This document shows positions 37,639 through 49,345 of a stretch of 54,936 nucleotides of DNA, one piece after another (within the stretch, counting starts at the first letter, position 1; each line of letters starts with the position of its first letter). The notes under the pieces are model-generated. The model did not search any database. It had not been told where the DNA came from and saw only the letters and a program-made list of their open reading frames with translations. The DNA is from Perkinsus chesapeaki ATCC PRA-425 (Eukaryota; Protista; Perkinsozoa), in NCBI GenBank assembly GCA_013115145.1, contig JAAPAO010000195.1, forward strand, positions 1 to 54,936, read 5' to 3'. Position numbers and translations under genes: made by a program.

Positions 37639-38124
37639 GACGTGCCACTTCGTAACCACATCGTGTCTGATTTAACTATAGTTTCTCTCCGGGAGAGTTG
37701 TGTTCCTTGGCTCGTCCCTCCTTCCCCGTCTGTAGGGTGTCGCCTCGAGTATGAGGGATTTGAGCTCCGAATTCGTCCGTGAGCGTCGGCAGCAGCAAGT
37801 CCAGTATAATCTAGAGCGGCAGCGGATATACCGCCATGCAGTAGGTAGGCATTCCTCTGCTCTCCACGGCAGAAGTTCGCAGACATCCTTACCGTAGTAT
37901 GTTATCCTCAGTATCAATGGACTTTGTCGGTTAGGGAAATGTGGGTTAGGCAGCAAAGTGATTGAGTCCATCAGAGTGGCCAGTAGGGGAAGGATGTAAA
38001 AGCGGCTGTTTATAAGGGCCAATGTTATTAGTCAATCGGCTCGGGGCACACCGCGAGTCTTGTCCAACAGGCTACTGTCCCGACCAATATTTGCCCTTTC
38101 ATGTCTGTTATTGGCACTTGTTGA

Positions 38125-38866
38125 ATGTTCGACGCTGAGGTCAGTTCGATGGGGTGTGCATCTCAGGTTAGCCGCGGAGATGCCCGAGAAATTGTGTCAT
38201 TGGTGAGTCGTGACGCGGCGAAGTCAGCAACATCGGTCCGTATTAGCACAGCAACAATTTGCGAAGAATGTGGAGGTGAGTTGGGGTGGGTACTTCAGAT
38301 TAAAGCACTGTGAGAGATTAACGAACATGTTGGTCTGAGAGGCGTCAACTGTGGGTGCATGTGGCCTCGTCGAAATGGAGGTTTGAAAGTGTCGTGTTAG
38401 CGCGCTGAGCTGGAAATTCTCTCAGAGCGACCCTTCTCGATTAGTGTCGAGTGCTTTGCTTCTGGGAACACTTGGTGTGTGCTCCTGCAGACAACCTAGT
38501 AGCTCATCCCTTTATTTACCCGACACAGATAACTGCATGCACGGTTGTCCGACCCTGTGGAGTACATCTTCATCCACTTTTCGCTGCTTGGGGTCAGTGC
38601 ATATCCCTTCAGCATCCCTATCACACTCGTTCCTCGGGCCCTCCCCGAAGGTCTGCTACCTTTGCTATCGAGTCCTCTGCGCTAAGTGCCGATCATTTAC
38701 TGGTCGGCCTGTAGCCGCAGTGCCTGGCAAGGAGGCCACGGCGGATGTGTGTAAAGTATGCGAAGCCTGCTCGATGTAAGGATTCGGAACGGACCTGTGC
38801 CGGGGCTTTGTGAATGGCAATATATCCTCTCCCGACTGCAGCCATGTGTCAGTAGGATCGCGATAA
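38125..38866 (+). CDS. Small protein with a degenerate FYVE-like 8-Cys zinc finger
   Basis: Joining donor ...tgtggag|gt (38277) to acceptor cccttcag|catcc gives ICEECGASLSHSFLGPSPKVCYLCYRVLCAKCRSF...VCKVCEAC. The start and the splice choices are inferred. Confidence 0.45.
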
Positions 38867-38969
38867 CTTCTCGGCCAGCACTTCTCTTCCACCAGGCAGC
38901 TGACAGTAGCCAGCAAGAAGTATAGCTGCGGGCTCAGTCACTCGTAAAAAGCTGAGCAGCAGCAGCCCT

Positions 38970-39534
38970 ATGAAGTGTAGAGGCATCTTCGATAGTAACC
39001 TATTGAACGATTTCCCATATCTTGACGTCTACCGTAGCTGCGAGCTCTTTCGTTCGAGGAACAGCGTGTCGTAGTAGAACCAGCCGCTACCTGTCCGAGC
39101 CTCTTGCCTTTTGTCGCGGGGTGTTATCCTTTCGTGGCCGCTGCTCGCTGTGGCTTCGTTGTGGTAGATACGTGAACAGACTCGGTGTTTTCATCTCACT
39201 ATTATTATTCCTATCATGTTGTAGGCTGGTCCACATTATGCGTTACCGTTACAACCCTCTAGGTGGGTTGTCATCAGATCGTCTTCTCGCTCACCGTATC
39301 CATAAGAAGGGCAGTACGGTTATCGTAGAGTTCGACAGTGCTATGAGGAATTACGAAGGTCTGGCAAGGTGAGTGAGCTGAGCATGTTTCTCGCGTCACG
39401 CGCCACGAAATTATCTCAGGTTGGTGGGTCAGCTCGGAACTATTCCGCCGGAAATTGCTAGCGAGTTGCCGTCGCTGGAAGATGCTGTGAATCGGAGACT
39501 GCGGGTGGGACTGCAGTCTTTCAGCAAAGTCTGA
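38970..39534 (+). CDS. Hypothetical protein with one predicted hydrophobic segment
   Basis: Two clean introns link ILSWPLLAVASLW|LVHIMRYRYNPLGG...YEGLAR|LVGQLGTIPPEIASELPSLEDAVNRRLRVGLQSFSKV*. The start is uncertain. Confidence 0.5.
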
Positions 39535-40321
39535 AGGATCCTAGATGTATCATATATAAATTGCGAATATCAGAGATGTGCAGTCCGTTTCGATGCATCG
39601 ATTGGTACTCGTCATTTTTTGTGCAACTGTTTTGGATACATTTGTGCTTTAAGGGCTCTCCCCCTTACCCTATGAAAATCGATTCTCTGCTTTCTCTGTC
39701 AGACTCTTGTTGAACTGCAGCGTCAGGCGTCGAGTACAAGACAAAGTGAGTCGGGCTTCCGAATCGGCCGTAGTCTGCCACTATTCAATTAGACTAATCC
39801 CGTGAGAGCCCCTCCGGGTGGTGTTCAGGTCTGAGACTCTCCCATATATTTTTCATTGTCTCCATGTCCACCGCAGCAGTGGTGGCTCATCTCACATGCT
39901 CGGATGGCGAAACATTGCCTTTTCATGGCGCGCGGTCTCAGGCACCGCTCACGACACGACCGTCCAGGCCAGCATCGTGCGCTGGTTGCGGAACACGATA
40001 AATGACGCGAAACTCCAATTGGCTGTGGCTAGGAAGGTGAGGGCTCATGGATCGATCTGCCACAGCTAGATCGCCACGCAGATACTCCGCTCCGACGCGA
40101 CGGAGTTGAGATGATTCATTTTACTAAGTGCGTGACAGTTTCCCTTTACAATTGCGTACACTTCCACCACAGTTGTTGCGTGTGTAAATATATTTATACT
40201 GTCTCTGGGTAACCCAGATGGATTCCTGAGAGGGCCGTTGCCAGAAGTAGGAGAATCCTTCGTCAACCTGGGTGAACTGAGGTCACTTATTATTCCTTGA
40301 ACTTTCACGAAGGGTTGTGGT

Positions 40322-42616
40322 ATGTCTCCCAAACGCAGCCGATCTCGCAGTCGGTCTGCCGCCCCCAGAAAGCGCACGAAGTCTGTTGAAGTCGAGGAGG
40401 ACATCGCCGCGACAGCATGGATGAATCTTCAGGTTGCCTCTTGCACCCTCGCCTTTTCACCCTCCCTGTTTCAGACAAATTTGCGCCGTGGCCTTATGAA
40501 CTACGAGACCCTGAGACTCGATAAACTAGGTGAGGTCTTAGACTATCCACAGACTGAACTCCAATGGCAGGCCCCTGCCGCAACGGCAATGGGGCTCGGG
40601 AGGCCGCGGAGGCGCTGCTGAAACTGTTGGCTCAATCGGCCGAGCTAGACGAGTCTATCAGTGCCGTGCTGGTCGGGCCCGAAGGTAGGCAGTTCGCACT
40701 GCCTCAGCTGACCTTAAGGTGATGAGCTCAGGATGCGGGAAGAGTGCGGCGCTGGCGGCAGCCGTTGAGGAGCTGAAAATACAGAAACCAGGTTTGAAGG
40801 TGAGTCGACCGTATAAACATAGGCTAGAGAATCCAGCTCGCCCATTTTTAGTTGTAGTTGAGTTTGTTTCAGTTTTTTAGTCATTTTTGTTAGGTTATAG
40901 TAATACACGCCAAAGGTTCGATGACGTCGTCGAACGACACTGCAGTGCTGAGAGATCTTCACTTGCAACTTGTCCATCAAATACAGGGACGAGAGGCCTC
41001 CGTTGGCCTCACTACCACGGCTTCTCATCGTCAAGGATGGACCTTTGCTGACTACATGGCCAAGGTAGATTCCTCAGAGGTCGATAAGAGTTCTCGATTA
41101 TGAGACCCTGGGAAACTCGACACAAGTTCCCCTTGGGGGCAAGACCGTCTGATACTCTTATAAGCTGTCGCAGTTCGCTTGTCTCATGCTCCGGTTGTCA
41201 GGTGGAGAGCTTATTGAAGGAGAGCACGCGAGGATTGAATTGTATGGTGCTGGTAGCCGTGGACAGATTCCATGCTTTCTGCCATACTGCCGCGAAACAA
41301 ACCCTTCTGTGAGCCTTTGATGCTTTGAGAAGAGCCAGCATGTGCTACTGATAGGTATAACCTATTTGACGTTATGCAAAGACCAGGCCTTCGACTTGCA
41401 TGTATTGGGATGACCAACAGAGACGATGTTACCTTTATGCTCGAAAAGCGCATTAAATCCCGGTTTCAATTAAGAGTGTAAGCGGCGGCCCTCTTGTGCC
41501 ATGAGTCCATAGAACTGTCCTCAATATCATCGCAATAGAAAAGATGCTGTTAGCTTCACTTAGTAAGTTCTTCAATTATGGACAGCTTATCTACATGAGT
41601 CCTTTTAGACTACAACGTGTCCCACAGGCACACTGTTTGCCAGACATACTCCCCAGTATGTCTGATTGCACAGTATTCAATTCAGAATACTTTCCCTTTC
41701 TCAGAATCCAAGTGCATTCACCACCAACAGTCGATGAGACCAAGTCAGCTCTGTTCGCTCGCTTCTCGCTGCCTGCTACAGATTTCGTTGTAAAATTACC
41801 AAACTGAGTCGGAGCCTTATTTGTTCGTCGCTCCATCAGACCGAGAAGTTCAACGCTTGGCTGAAGGCATCATTGGACACGGACGCGGCGACGAAGTTCA
41901 TACTTCAACGAGTTGATAGATCCGTTACAATGAAAGATGTTTGTGACGTTCGTTCAGAGCTAGACTTTACTTCGTCCTTAGTTCACGCTCGATCTCCTTG
42001 ACCGGCTTTCGAAACTTCCAAGAGGAGGCCCCCTTTTGTTTCCCGCCGTCTCCACAGTTGACGGATTCGGGGATATACTTCTGTCAGGTACGGGGAATCA
42101 CACCATTTTTCTCGGAGACTTCGCTTGTTAAAGGGGACAGCTCTTCTACAGTTTAATTCCTGCTCAGGCTCGGAGCAACTGGTGCTGCTTGGGCTGGCAC
42201 GCCTTCACGTGAAGTCCTTCACACCGAAGAACTTCGAGTCGATCCACCAAGAGATATCACTTTTCGACAAGAGGAGGCTCGAAGGATTCAGTCGAGCGAT
42301 CTATCTCCAGGCTTTCAAGAGCTTGAAGAGTCTCGGCCTAATTCAAGTAAGCAGCTTCTATGTGGCACTCGCCAGGGCTACTCGCAGGTGTTCGACGCAA
42401 CAACGGTGTGCGGCAGTGGGGACCTCAGGACAATGCCAATCAGCTGCCTTCCTTGCCGAGCCTGTTACTCTTTGAATACAATCCTAGAATCTGGTATATT
42501 CATTTCTCGCTTATTTGTTGTACTATATTTGACCCACAGGTATCATACATGAGCGTTTCAAAGGGTGGGCTACCGAAAGCATCATCCAGAAGCAGATTGA
42601 AGGCCCTGTATGTTGA
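40322..42616 (+). CDS. ORC4: Origin recognition complex subunit 4
   Basis: Spliced: LLKLLAQSAELDESISAVLVGPEGCGKS (Walker A); VAVDRFHAFCHTAAKQTLLYNLFDVMQ; ACIGMTNRDDVTFMLEKRIKSRF; winged-helix EQLVLLGLARL..NFESIHQE..AIYLQAFKSLKSLGLIQ. QTLLYNLFD and LEKRxKSRF are ORC4 signatures. Confidence 0.88.
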
Positions 42617-43723
42617 ACTGGCGTGGAGACTAACCGCGATTAGCTCGATTGCATTCCATAGTTTATCAACACACTCCTCTGTTTGGTTACAAAGTACTAC
42701 ACCTTCCCAACGTAGATGATACCTCGGAACATTAACTCAGACTGTAGGGTTACGGTGGGACGGCACACTTTTAGAAGCCAAATGCTCACTGAATAGAATT
42801 CATAGAGTGCAAGCGCGCGCCCTTCCGCTCCATCTGTTTCGTAACTGGCGAAAGAAAGTTGGAAAATATCGATAGAGTCTCTCTTGGGATTGTCGATCAT
42901 AGAGAGTTACTCTCTATCATACAGAGTAACCGGCGTACTCCTGTTGGAGGGAAAGAGAATGTGATACGGATTATGAGATTCAGTATTCTGTTGGAGGGAA
43001 CATATCCTTGAGGCAATCGTTGATGAGTACACCTTAGTTGTTCTTAAACCCTTGAAAAACACGAGTTGATAAGAATTTGACGCGCGGTGTATAACAACAG
43101 ATGAAGGCCAAACTCGAGGTCTTTAGCAAACACAAGGGAAAGGGGTAGACATCAGGCACAGAGCCACACACTGTGCGGAGCCCAAGTGGCGCAACAACCG
43201 GCTGCTGCCCCAGAGACTGCAGGTTTCGCTCGGCGTGCTAGCAAGAGGACTCACACACACTGCACGCTTGTAGGGCATCAGTGCAAGTTGTAGGTATAGA
43301 TTTTCAACTGTCAGTGACAATCATCGGTGACGTGACCGGTGAACCCCAACTTCGACAATTCGTTCCGGGCCCAGAAGAAGCTCAGACATGCGTATTTGAA
43401 CTGCGGATGCGAAACTTCGGGCGGGATTGGTCGATGGAGCCGCCAACGTTCCCACCATCACTAATGAACGAGCCATGAATAGTCAAGATGCAATGAACGA
43501 TCTATTCCGGAGGTTGTTGTTGTCTTTCAGGGCGTGACGTGACACTTCGTTGGGTAATTTCGGTACACAAAGAATTTCTAAGTGAGACCCGGACTAGTCG
43601 GTCACGCACCCCTCCCCGTGTCCGCTTAACTGACCCAGTTAAGCTTAGAGAGCCTCACTGTGAAGTTGATGGCGGCTTCGATTTACCTGGGTTACCCGTT
43701 GGGCGGACTTCGACCGTCTTCGG

Positions 43724-45353
43724 CCGAGAATTGGTTAACTAAAAGCTACTATTATGTTGTTACACATCCTGGTATCAATAGTAATCAGACCTGGCTGCTC
43801 GAGGACAGATCTGCCCCATATTCCAAGCATCATTGAACAAACTACTATGACCGATGAGAAGGCCGAAAGCGCACCCGGCCAGCACTCGCTCCCCTCTTCA
43901 AAAGGTGTGTCACAGGAACTCCAGGGATATGGCAAACACTGGGCTCGACAGGTCGTGTGGCCTGGAGAGGGTCGTCAATGCGGCATGCTACCTCTTTGTA
44001 TCAAGATCCACCGACGGACTTCAGCTGGGTCACACAAGGAGCCGTGAACCCGCCGATTGATCAAAGAGATTGTGAAAGCTGTTATGCTATAGCTACACTC
44101 GGTAAGCTGGGGCTGATCGGTTTGCTCCTGTTAAGCCCAGGAAGGCTCGGTTGCTACCTCTTTAGGAGGGTTGGAGGGGGCGTTCAAGATCAGGACGGGA
44201 AGTTTGGCCAGATTCTCGACGCAGCAAGTGGTCGACTGCTCCGAAGACTATGGAAATAGGTGAGACCCGGACCGTCGAAAACACCACTATTGCAGTCCTT
44301 ACAAGTGATTCCTAGCTCCACAGCTAGCTGAGGGCTCTATTCTTCAGGGGATGCTACGGAGGTGGTAAACCGAATACCCTCAGCTACGTTTTCTCCGATG
44401 GGATAGTCTCCGATGCTGCCTACCCCTACACTGCGAAGGAAGAAGAATGCCAAGAGATTACGAAAGACAAGGATAAACAATGCCTGCAGGTATGGTCGGT
44501 ATAACCGCCTATTTAGCAGTGTTGAGCCGATAGGCTGGAGACCTCGACCTCGGGAAAAGCATAGTTATAGACGAGAATCAACTAGACAGGCTTTTCACTG
44601 AACTTATTAACGGTCCTATTGTGGTGAGTGTGGATGCTGACACGCCACAATGGAGACGTTACACCGGAGGAATCCTAGCTGGTGAGTGTTTCACAGCCAT
44701 GCGGTATATCTGGTTGACATTGGTAGACTTTTACTGTAACGGAGAGCCAAAGCATACAGTCCTTCTCGTTGGATATGGTGTAGAAAAGAACACCAGGTGA
44801 GCTACCTTTCTGGACAGTTTCATTCCAGCTGAAGTTCTCACTAGTTACTGGCTGTTAAGGAATAACAGAGGGCCAAAGTGGGGGGAAGGTGGTTACGTTA
44901 GGATATTTAGAGACCCAAATGCCAACACCGGGCCGGGTAGGAGGGGTTTGTTATTTATGCATCATCGAGAAAGTTTTTAGGATTCTGTAATATAATGGCC
45001 AAGCCAGCCTTTCGACCAGTTCTTGCTGACAAGATGAAAGCCACCGCTTGCAGAGATAAAGACTCATAGATCTGAACTGTTGAACTTCGGTTCGCTGTTC
45101 TTAGTTCGGCATCGTTACGATGCATTTGTTACCTAGTCATGTTTACAAAACTTCATCAGTCATTTTCAGAGGCGATTACTAAGTGTTGTCTTACATTTGT
45201 GCGTTTTGCGGAAACTGCTCCAAATCATGGCTTGTGGCAGAATACGGACTCAAGTATCAAGAATTCATACAATACACCGTCTCGATTACGCTGTCTTTTT
45301 TTGACGGTCTTATCTGGCCATACTTTAGCAATTCATTCCTCGTCCGTCGAAGT
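43724..45353 (+). repeat. Recent direct segmental duplication, copy 1 (partner 52606-54255)
   Basis: Long identical runs from ccgagaattggttaact to tcgtccgtcgaagt, covering the protease and its 3' flank. Confidence 0.95.
43754..45069 (+). CDS. Papain-family (C1A) cysteine protease, copy 1, multi-exon
   Basis: [29 protein letters not shown]; STQQVVDCS; GCYGG; [10 protein letters not shown]; GPIVVSVDA; YTGGIL; [11 protein letters not shown]; [17 protein letters not shown]. The Cys, His and Asn of the triad are present. Confidence 0.88.
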
Positions 45354-47340
45354 CTCCAGTTACCGCATTGGCATGATATCGCTACAGTATTAGCTGTGGG
45401 ATTGTGCGTATCCTTAATGCTACACCGCGACAAAACTGAACAACCCAAAGCGGGAAGGAACGTTATTACTCCCAACAATGAGATTCGATAGGATTCGGTG
45501 TACGGCTTCTGCTCCTTAAAGATAATAGCATATGCGGCAAAAGCCGTGTATCGAACCCTGTGCTATAGTAGCTATAACAAACTGTCGACGACAGTGCAGG
45601 CTGCGGAGTCCACGATCCATCGCCTGTGGCATGACCACAAACATGCTGGCCTCCCCATCTACCTGTTGAGCACTTATGGCTCGTATCGAACCAGCCAGTC
45701 CGGACTCGGTATCCGCTGCAGTGGTAGGCCTTGAATAGGACACCAAAAATCGGTCACCAGTCATCAGCACCGGCGCAAGGATTCCTATTCATCGTAGCAC
45801 TTCGGAGCGAGGCTCGGTGCGCGGCGCTCAGTAGGGGTCACATGCAAAATTTTTCCGTCAAAGCTAGCTCTGCAGGTGAATCATATGCACCCTCACTGAG
45901 CACGCAGACTTTTTAGAGTTACTCTAATCGATTACATTGGTAACGATTCTGCCCGTGAGTGTACTATGACAACACAAGGGCTGAAATTCGGTTTGTCTGG
46001 TAAAGACTTTACGGGAGGGATGATGAGAATAATCAGATCGAGAGCGGGCGATTAAAAGAGCTGGCCAGTATTCGATGGACCGAGATAAGAAGAATCTGAC
46101 TAGGCAATCTATGGAGGTTGAACCGAGGTTCTACAGAGTAGACCTCCAATGAGCAGACAGCTGCCGCAAGATATTCAATAACTCGCCTAGGAGGACATGA
46201 CGAACCAGACGTGGAACGTGGAAAATCGCTTAATAGTTAATCATGTTTGAAAGACGTATTACGTCATTAGTACGATACAATAGCAGCGAGTATAATTAGT
46301 ACTGTAGTGAGGAGTACATGAATGAACGGTGATCGTATGGCATAAGAATCTGATTCGGGAAGCTCCAGAGTAACGAGGACAGAAGTAGGGGTAGCAGTGG
46401 AAGTGGTCATCCTCATGAATTTCGCCACGAAAGAGTTCGCTTCACCCTGAAAATACTACATGACTCCAAGAGCAAAAAACTATCTATGCTTACGTTCACC
46501 GCAAGGCTTCTTTTGAGGACATAGATGGACAATTCGTTAGTTACCGGGTCTTCGTTGATTGCAAGGCCTTCGTACCTGTACGACTAGCATTCAGCTGAAA
46601 AACTAAGCGGAGGCAACTTGTTGTCGGATGCTAAATATGCTCGGCGAGCATATTTAGCCGTGCTCTCTTTGCGGATCACAAGTGAAGCGCCGCTCGCCAC
46701 CACAAATTCTGGAGGGCTCCTGTGTATTGATCCGGAATCCTTGGGCGTGCGACGCACGATGTGGCGAACGCCGTTCGCCACATCCTCACCTGGCATGAGT
46801 GTAGTGAGTGTGAGGTTCAACCGATAACCGAAGCTCGGTTCGGATGTCATGTACATAATAATGTACATGTACACTGTCGGCGTTATTTCTCCTTACATTC
46901 ACAGTAAACTTGTGAAATTGTCTAGAAGTCTCATTGTATGCAAAAACCTTCGTAATCGACTTGTTGCCACTGTAGTCCAATACACTGCACATTATCAGGA
47001 GCAAACCTTCGTCGATGCTGCCCGTAGCTGTGCCTAATCGACATACTGATTCCTCGCACCATCCGGCCAATGAGGTACGCAGTTTTAGGATCGCGCCCTG
47101 TCGATCAGATCTACACTTATGCTTTAGGTCACCATTGTAGAGGACATCAATCACTTCTCCCTGCAGACCATTGGGGTATCTTATGGCCAGAATACACTAA
47201 ACATCTAATAACGTAAGCGCCCAATACTTGACAATGATGTCGTTTTCGTATCCTGCATAAAACTCTCCTTTCAGTTCTCCTTTATAGACACCGTTCATAG
47301 TCAGCACTTCAATCTGACCTACGAATAAAACCGCTCAAAA
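45139..47340 (-). CDS. Probable degenerate or multi-exon hypothetical gene(s)
   Basis: Series of minus-strand ORF pieces (e.g. 46786-47154). No domain and no verified exon chain. Confidence 0.2.
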
Positions 47341-48609
47341 ATTGGGTGACGTGGAGGTGCTAGAAAGCTTGCTTACCATAATCGCTCGTGGCTCGTGGGC
47401 TTTTCGGGTGAGGCAGCTCATGCACAGAAGCATTAATGCTGGACTCTTTAGCCGGGGCCGGCATCTCAATATAATGACTACGAAAAGCGAAACGTCGCTC
47501 ATTAAAAATGAAGAGTATACCTAGGTGTTAATCCGGCCAGCATTTTCGAACCATCTTCGCTGATAATAATTGATGTCAGCGAATGGTTCGTGGATCCCGA
47601 TAACAGCAGGGTTACAACATGCCTGAAATTACCTACAATTGAGAGAGTATACCATGAAGCTAATCAAGCGTCTACCCATGGTGGACTTTATATGGTAAGA
47701 GGGATCATTATTTATCGTAGAAGGCCAAACGTTGAAAGTCGTTTCGTCACCCAGACTGGGAACAACAAGAAGGCCAAACAACAACATCGATACCATTCTA
47801 CGGTAATCTGTGAAGAGCCTGAAAAGTGCGGAAAGTTTATTAATAAGCTTAGCGTTAATGCTGTATTAAACCAGTTATAGAATACGTTACGACCACTGCG
47901 GGTGATCAAGTGATACGCCGGGGAATATAAAGTTGCAATTATCAGTGCACTTTGGTGACGCGAACGATGAGACACCGTCTGTGACCGTGACCGCTGTACC
48001 CCAACTCAAGCAGCTTCATTCGAGACAGTGGTCAGCTTAGAGTGACTCTAATAGAGCACTTCTCGAATAGTGTAGTTTACTGCTCATGGTTCAAGTTCGA
48101 CTCCACCACTTCTTGCTCAGGTTCGAACCCAGGACTCGCGTTCCTCGTTAATCAGTAATCACAGTGTCAAGAAGGCGAAGCGAATTGTCTACGTCTTCAG
48201 TGAAGACTCTTCATTTGTCGGCTCGCTTTAGGGTTGGCATTCAAGTTACCTGAGGTTGTTTCTTCACGGGGGTTTAGTATACGGAAGCTCCCATGAGCAC
48301 GCGCTTTCGTATTACGAGAATCTTGAGTTGAATGAGGCAAGCGTACAATGCGCCCTATTCGTTGGTTCAGCTACTCACGGCAATGTAGGTATTGTGGAAG
48401 CCCGAATACCCCTGCCTCGGTAGGCGGCAAGAGAGTTTGCACTACGAGTCGTGTCGAAGACAACAGCGGTGATTGGTTTCACACAGAGGTCACCGCGACT
48501 TCGTCGTCCAATTTGATTAAAACACAGAGGCTGACACCTACAGTTGTGAACGTTCAAGTTCCGAAACCATCACGGAGCTTGAATGGTGCCAGTCACTTCA
48601 TGATGGGCT

Positions 48610-49345
48610 CATTCTTCATCGGCAGCCGGGTCAAAGAAGGAGTCGTGAACCCACCGATTGATCAAGGCAGCTGAGAGAGCTGCTATAGCTACTCTCGGTA
48701 TCCTGGTTACGAACTGCGTTATCAATGGAGTGTACGCATATTTCCAATATGTCAGCTTCAGACTTTGCTTTGAATGCTTTCAAGAGTCCCAGGAGTAGAT
48801 CTTAAGCACAGCAAATATTCGACCTCCTTGCGGGAGACGCCCACTTTGTCGATCTCGCAGAACCTATTGGCATATAGACGATTTCGTTTTCCGGAGGTTG
48901 AAAGCCAAATAATTTCGAGCACGTTTTGCCCGCGGGATAGTCTCTGATGCTTATAGCATCATTTTCTTTACCCCCACACTGCAAAGCAAGGGAAATGCCA
49001 AGAGGTTGCGAAAGATAAGAACGAAGTGTCTGCATGTATAACGAAGATACCGCGTATTCAAGAATATGGTAATCAACTCGAGTTGTCGAGTCGACATGCG
49101 ACCATCCGCTGAACTGCTCAATGGTCCCATTGGGGTAGTTGTAGATGCAGGTATGGAAGATACTAGCTCTACGTCTAAAGGGAAACAATACTAATAGTGT
49201 TGTACCAGGGAGGAATTCTGACTGGTCACTATCCCACAGTCGAGCGGTATACCTGATTTTCGTTGGTATCAGTCTGTAACGGAGAGCCGAAGCATGTAGT
49301 TCTGCTTGTTGGATACGGTGTAGAAGAGGGCACAAGGTGAGCTCC
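48610..49345 (+). pseudogene. Papain-family protease pseudogene (third paralog)
   Basis: VKEGVVNPPIDQGS*ESC, GG*KPNNFEHV, ELLNGPIGVVVDAG, YQGGIL and [20 protein letters not shown] are colinear with the intact copies but carry in-frame stops and frameshifts. Confidence 0.8.

Noticed and set aside
37672-38022. 116-aa minus-strand ORF
   Set aside because: It starts at TTG rather than ATG and has no motif.
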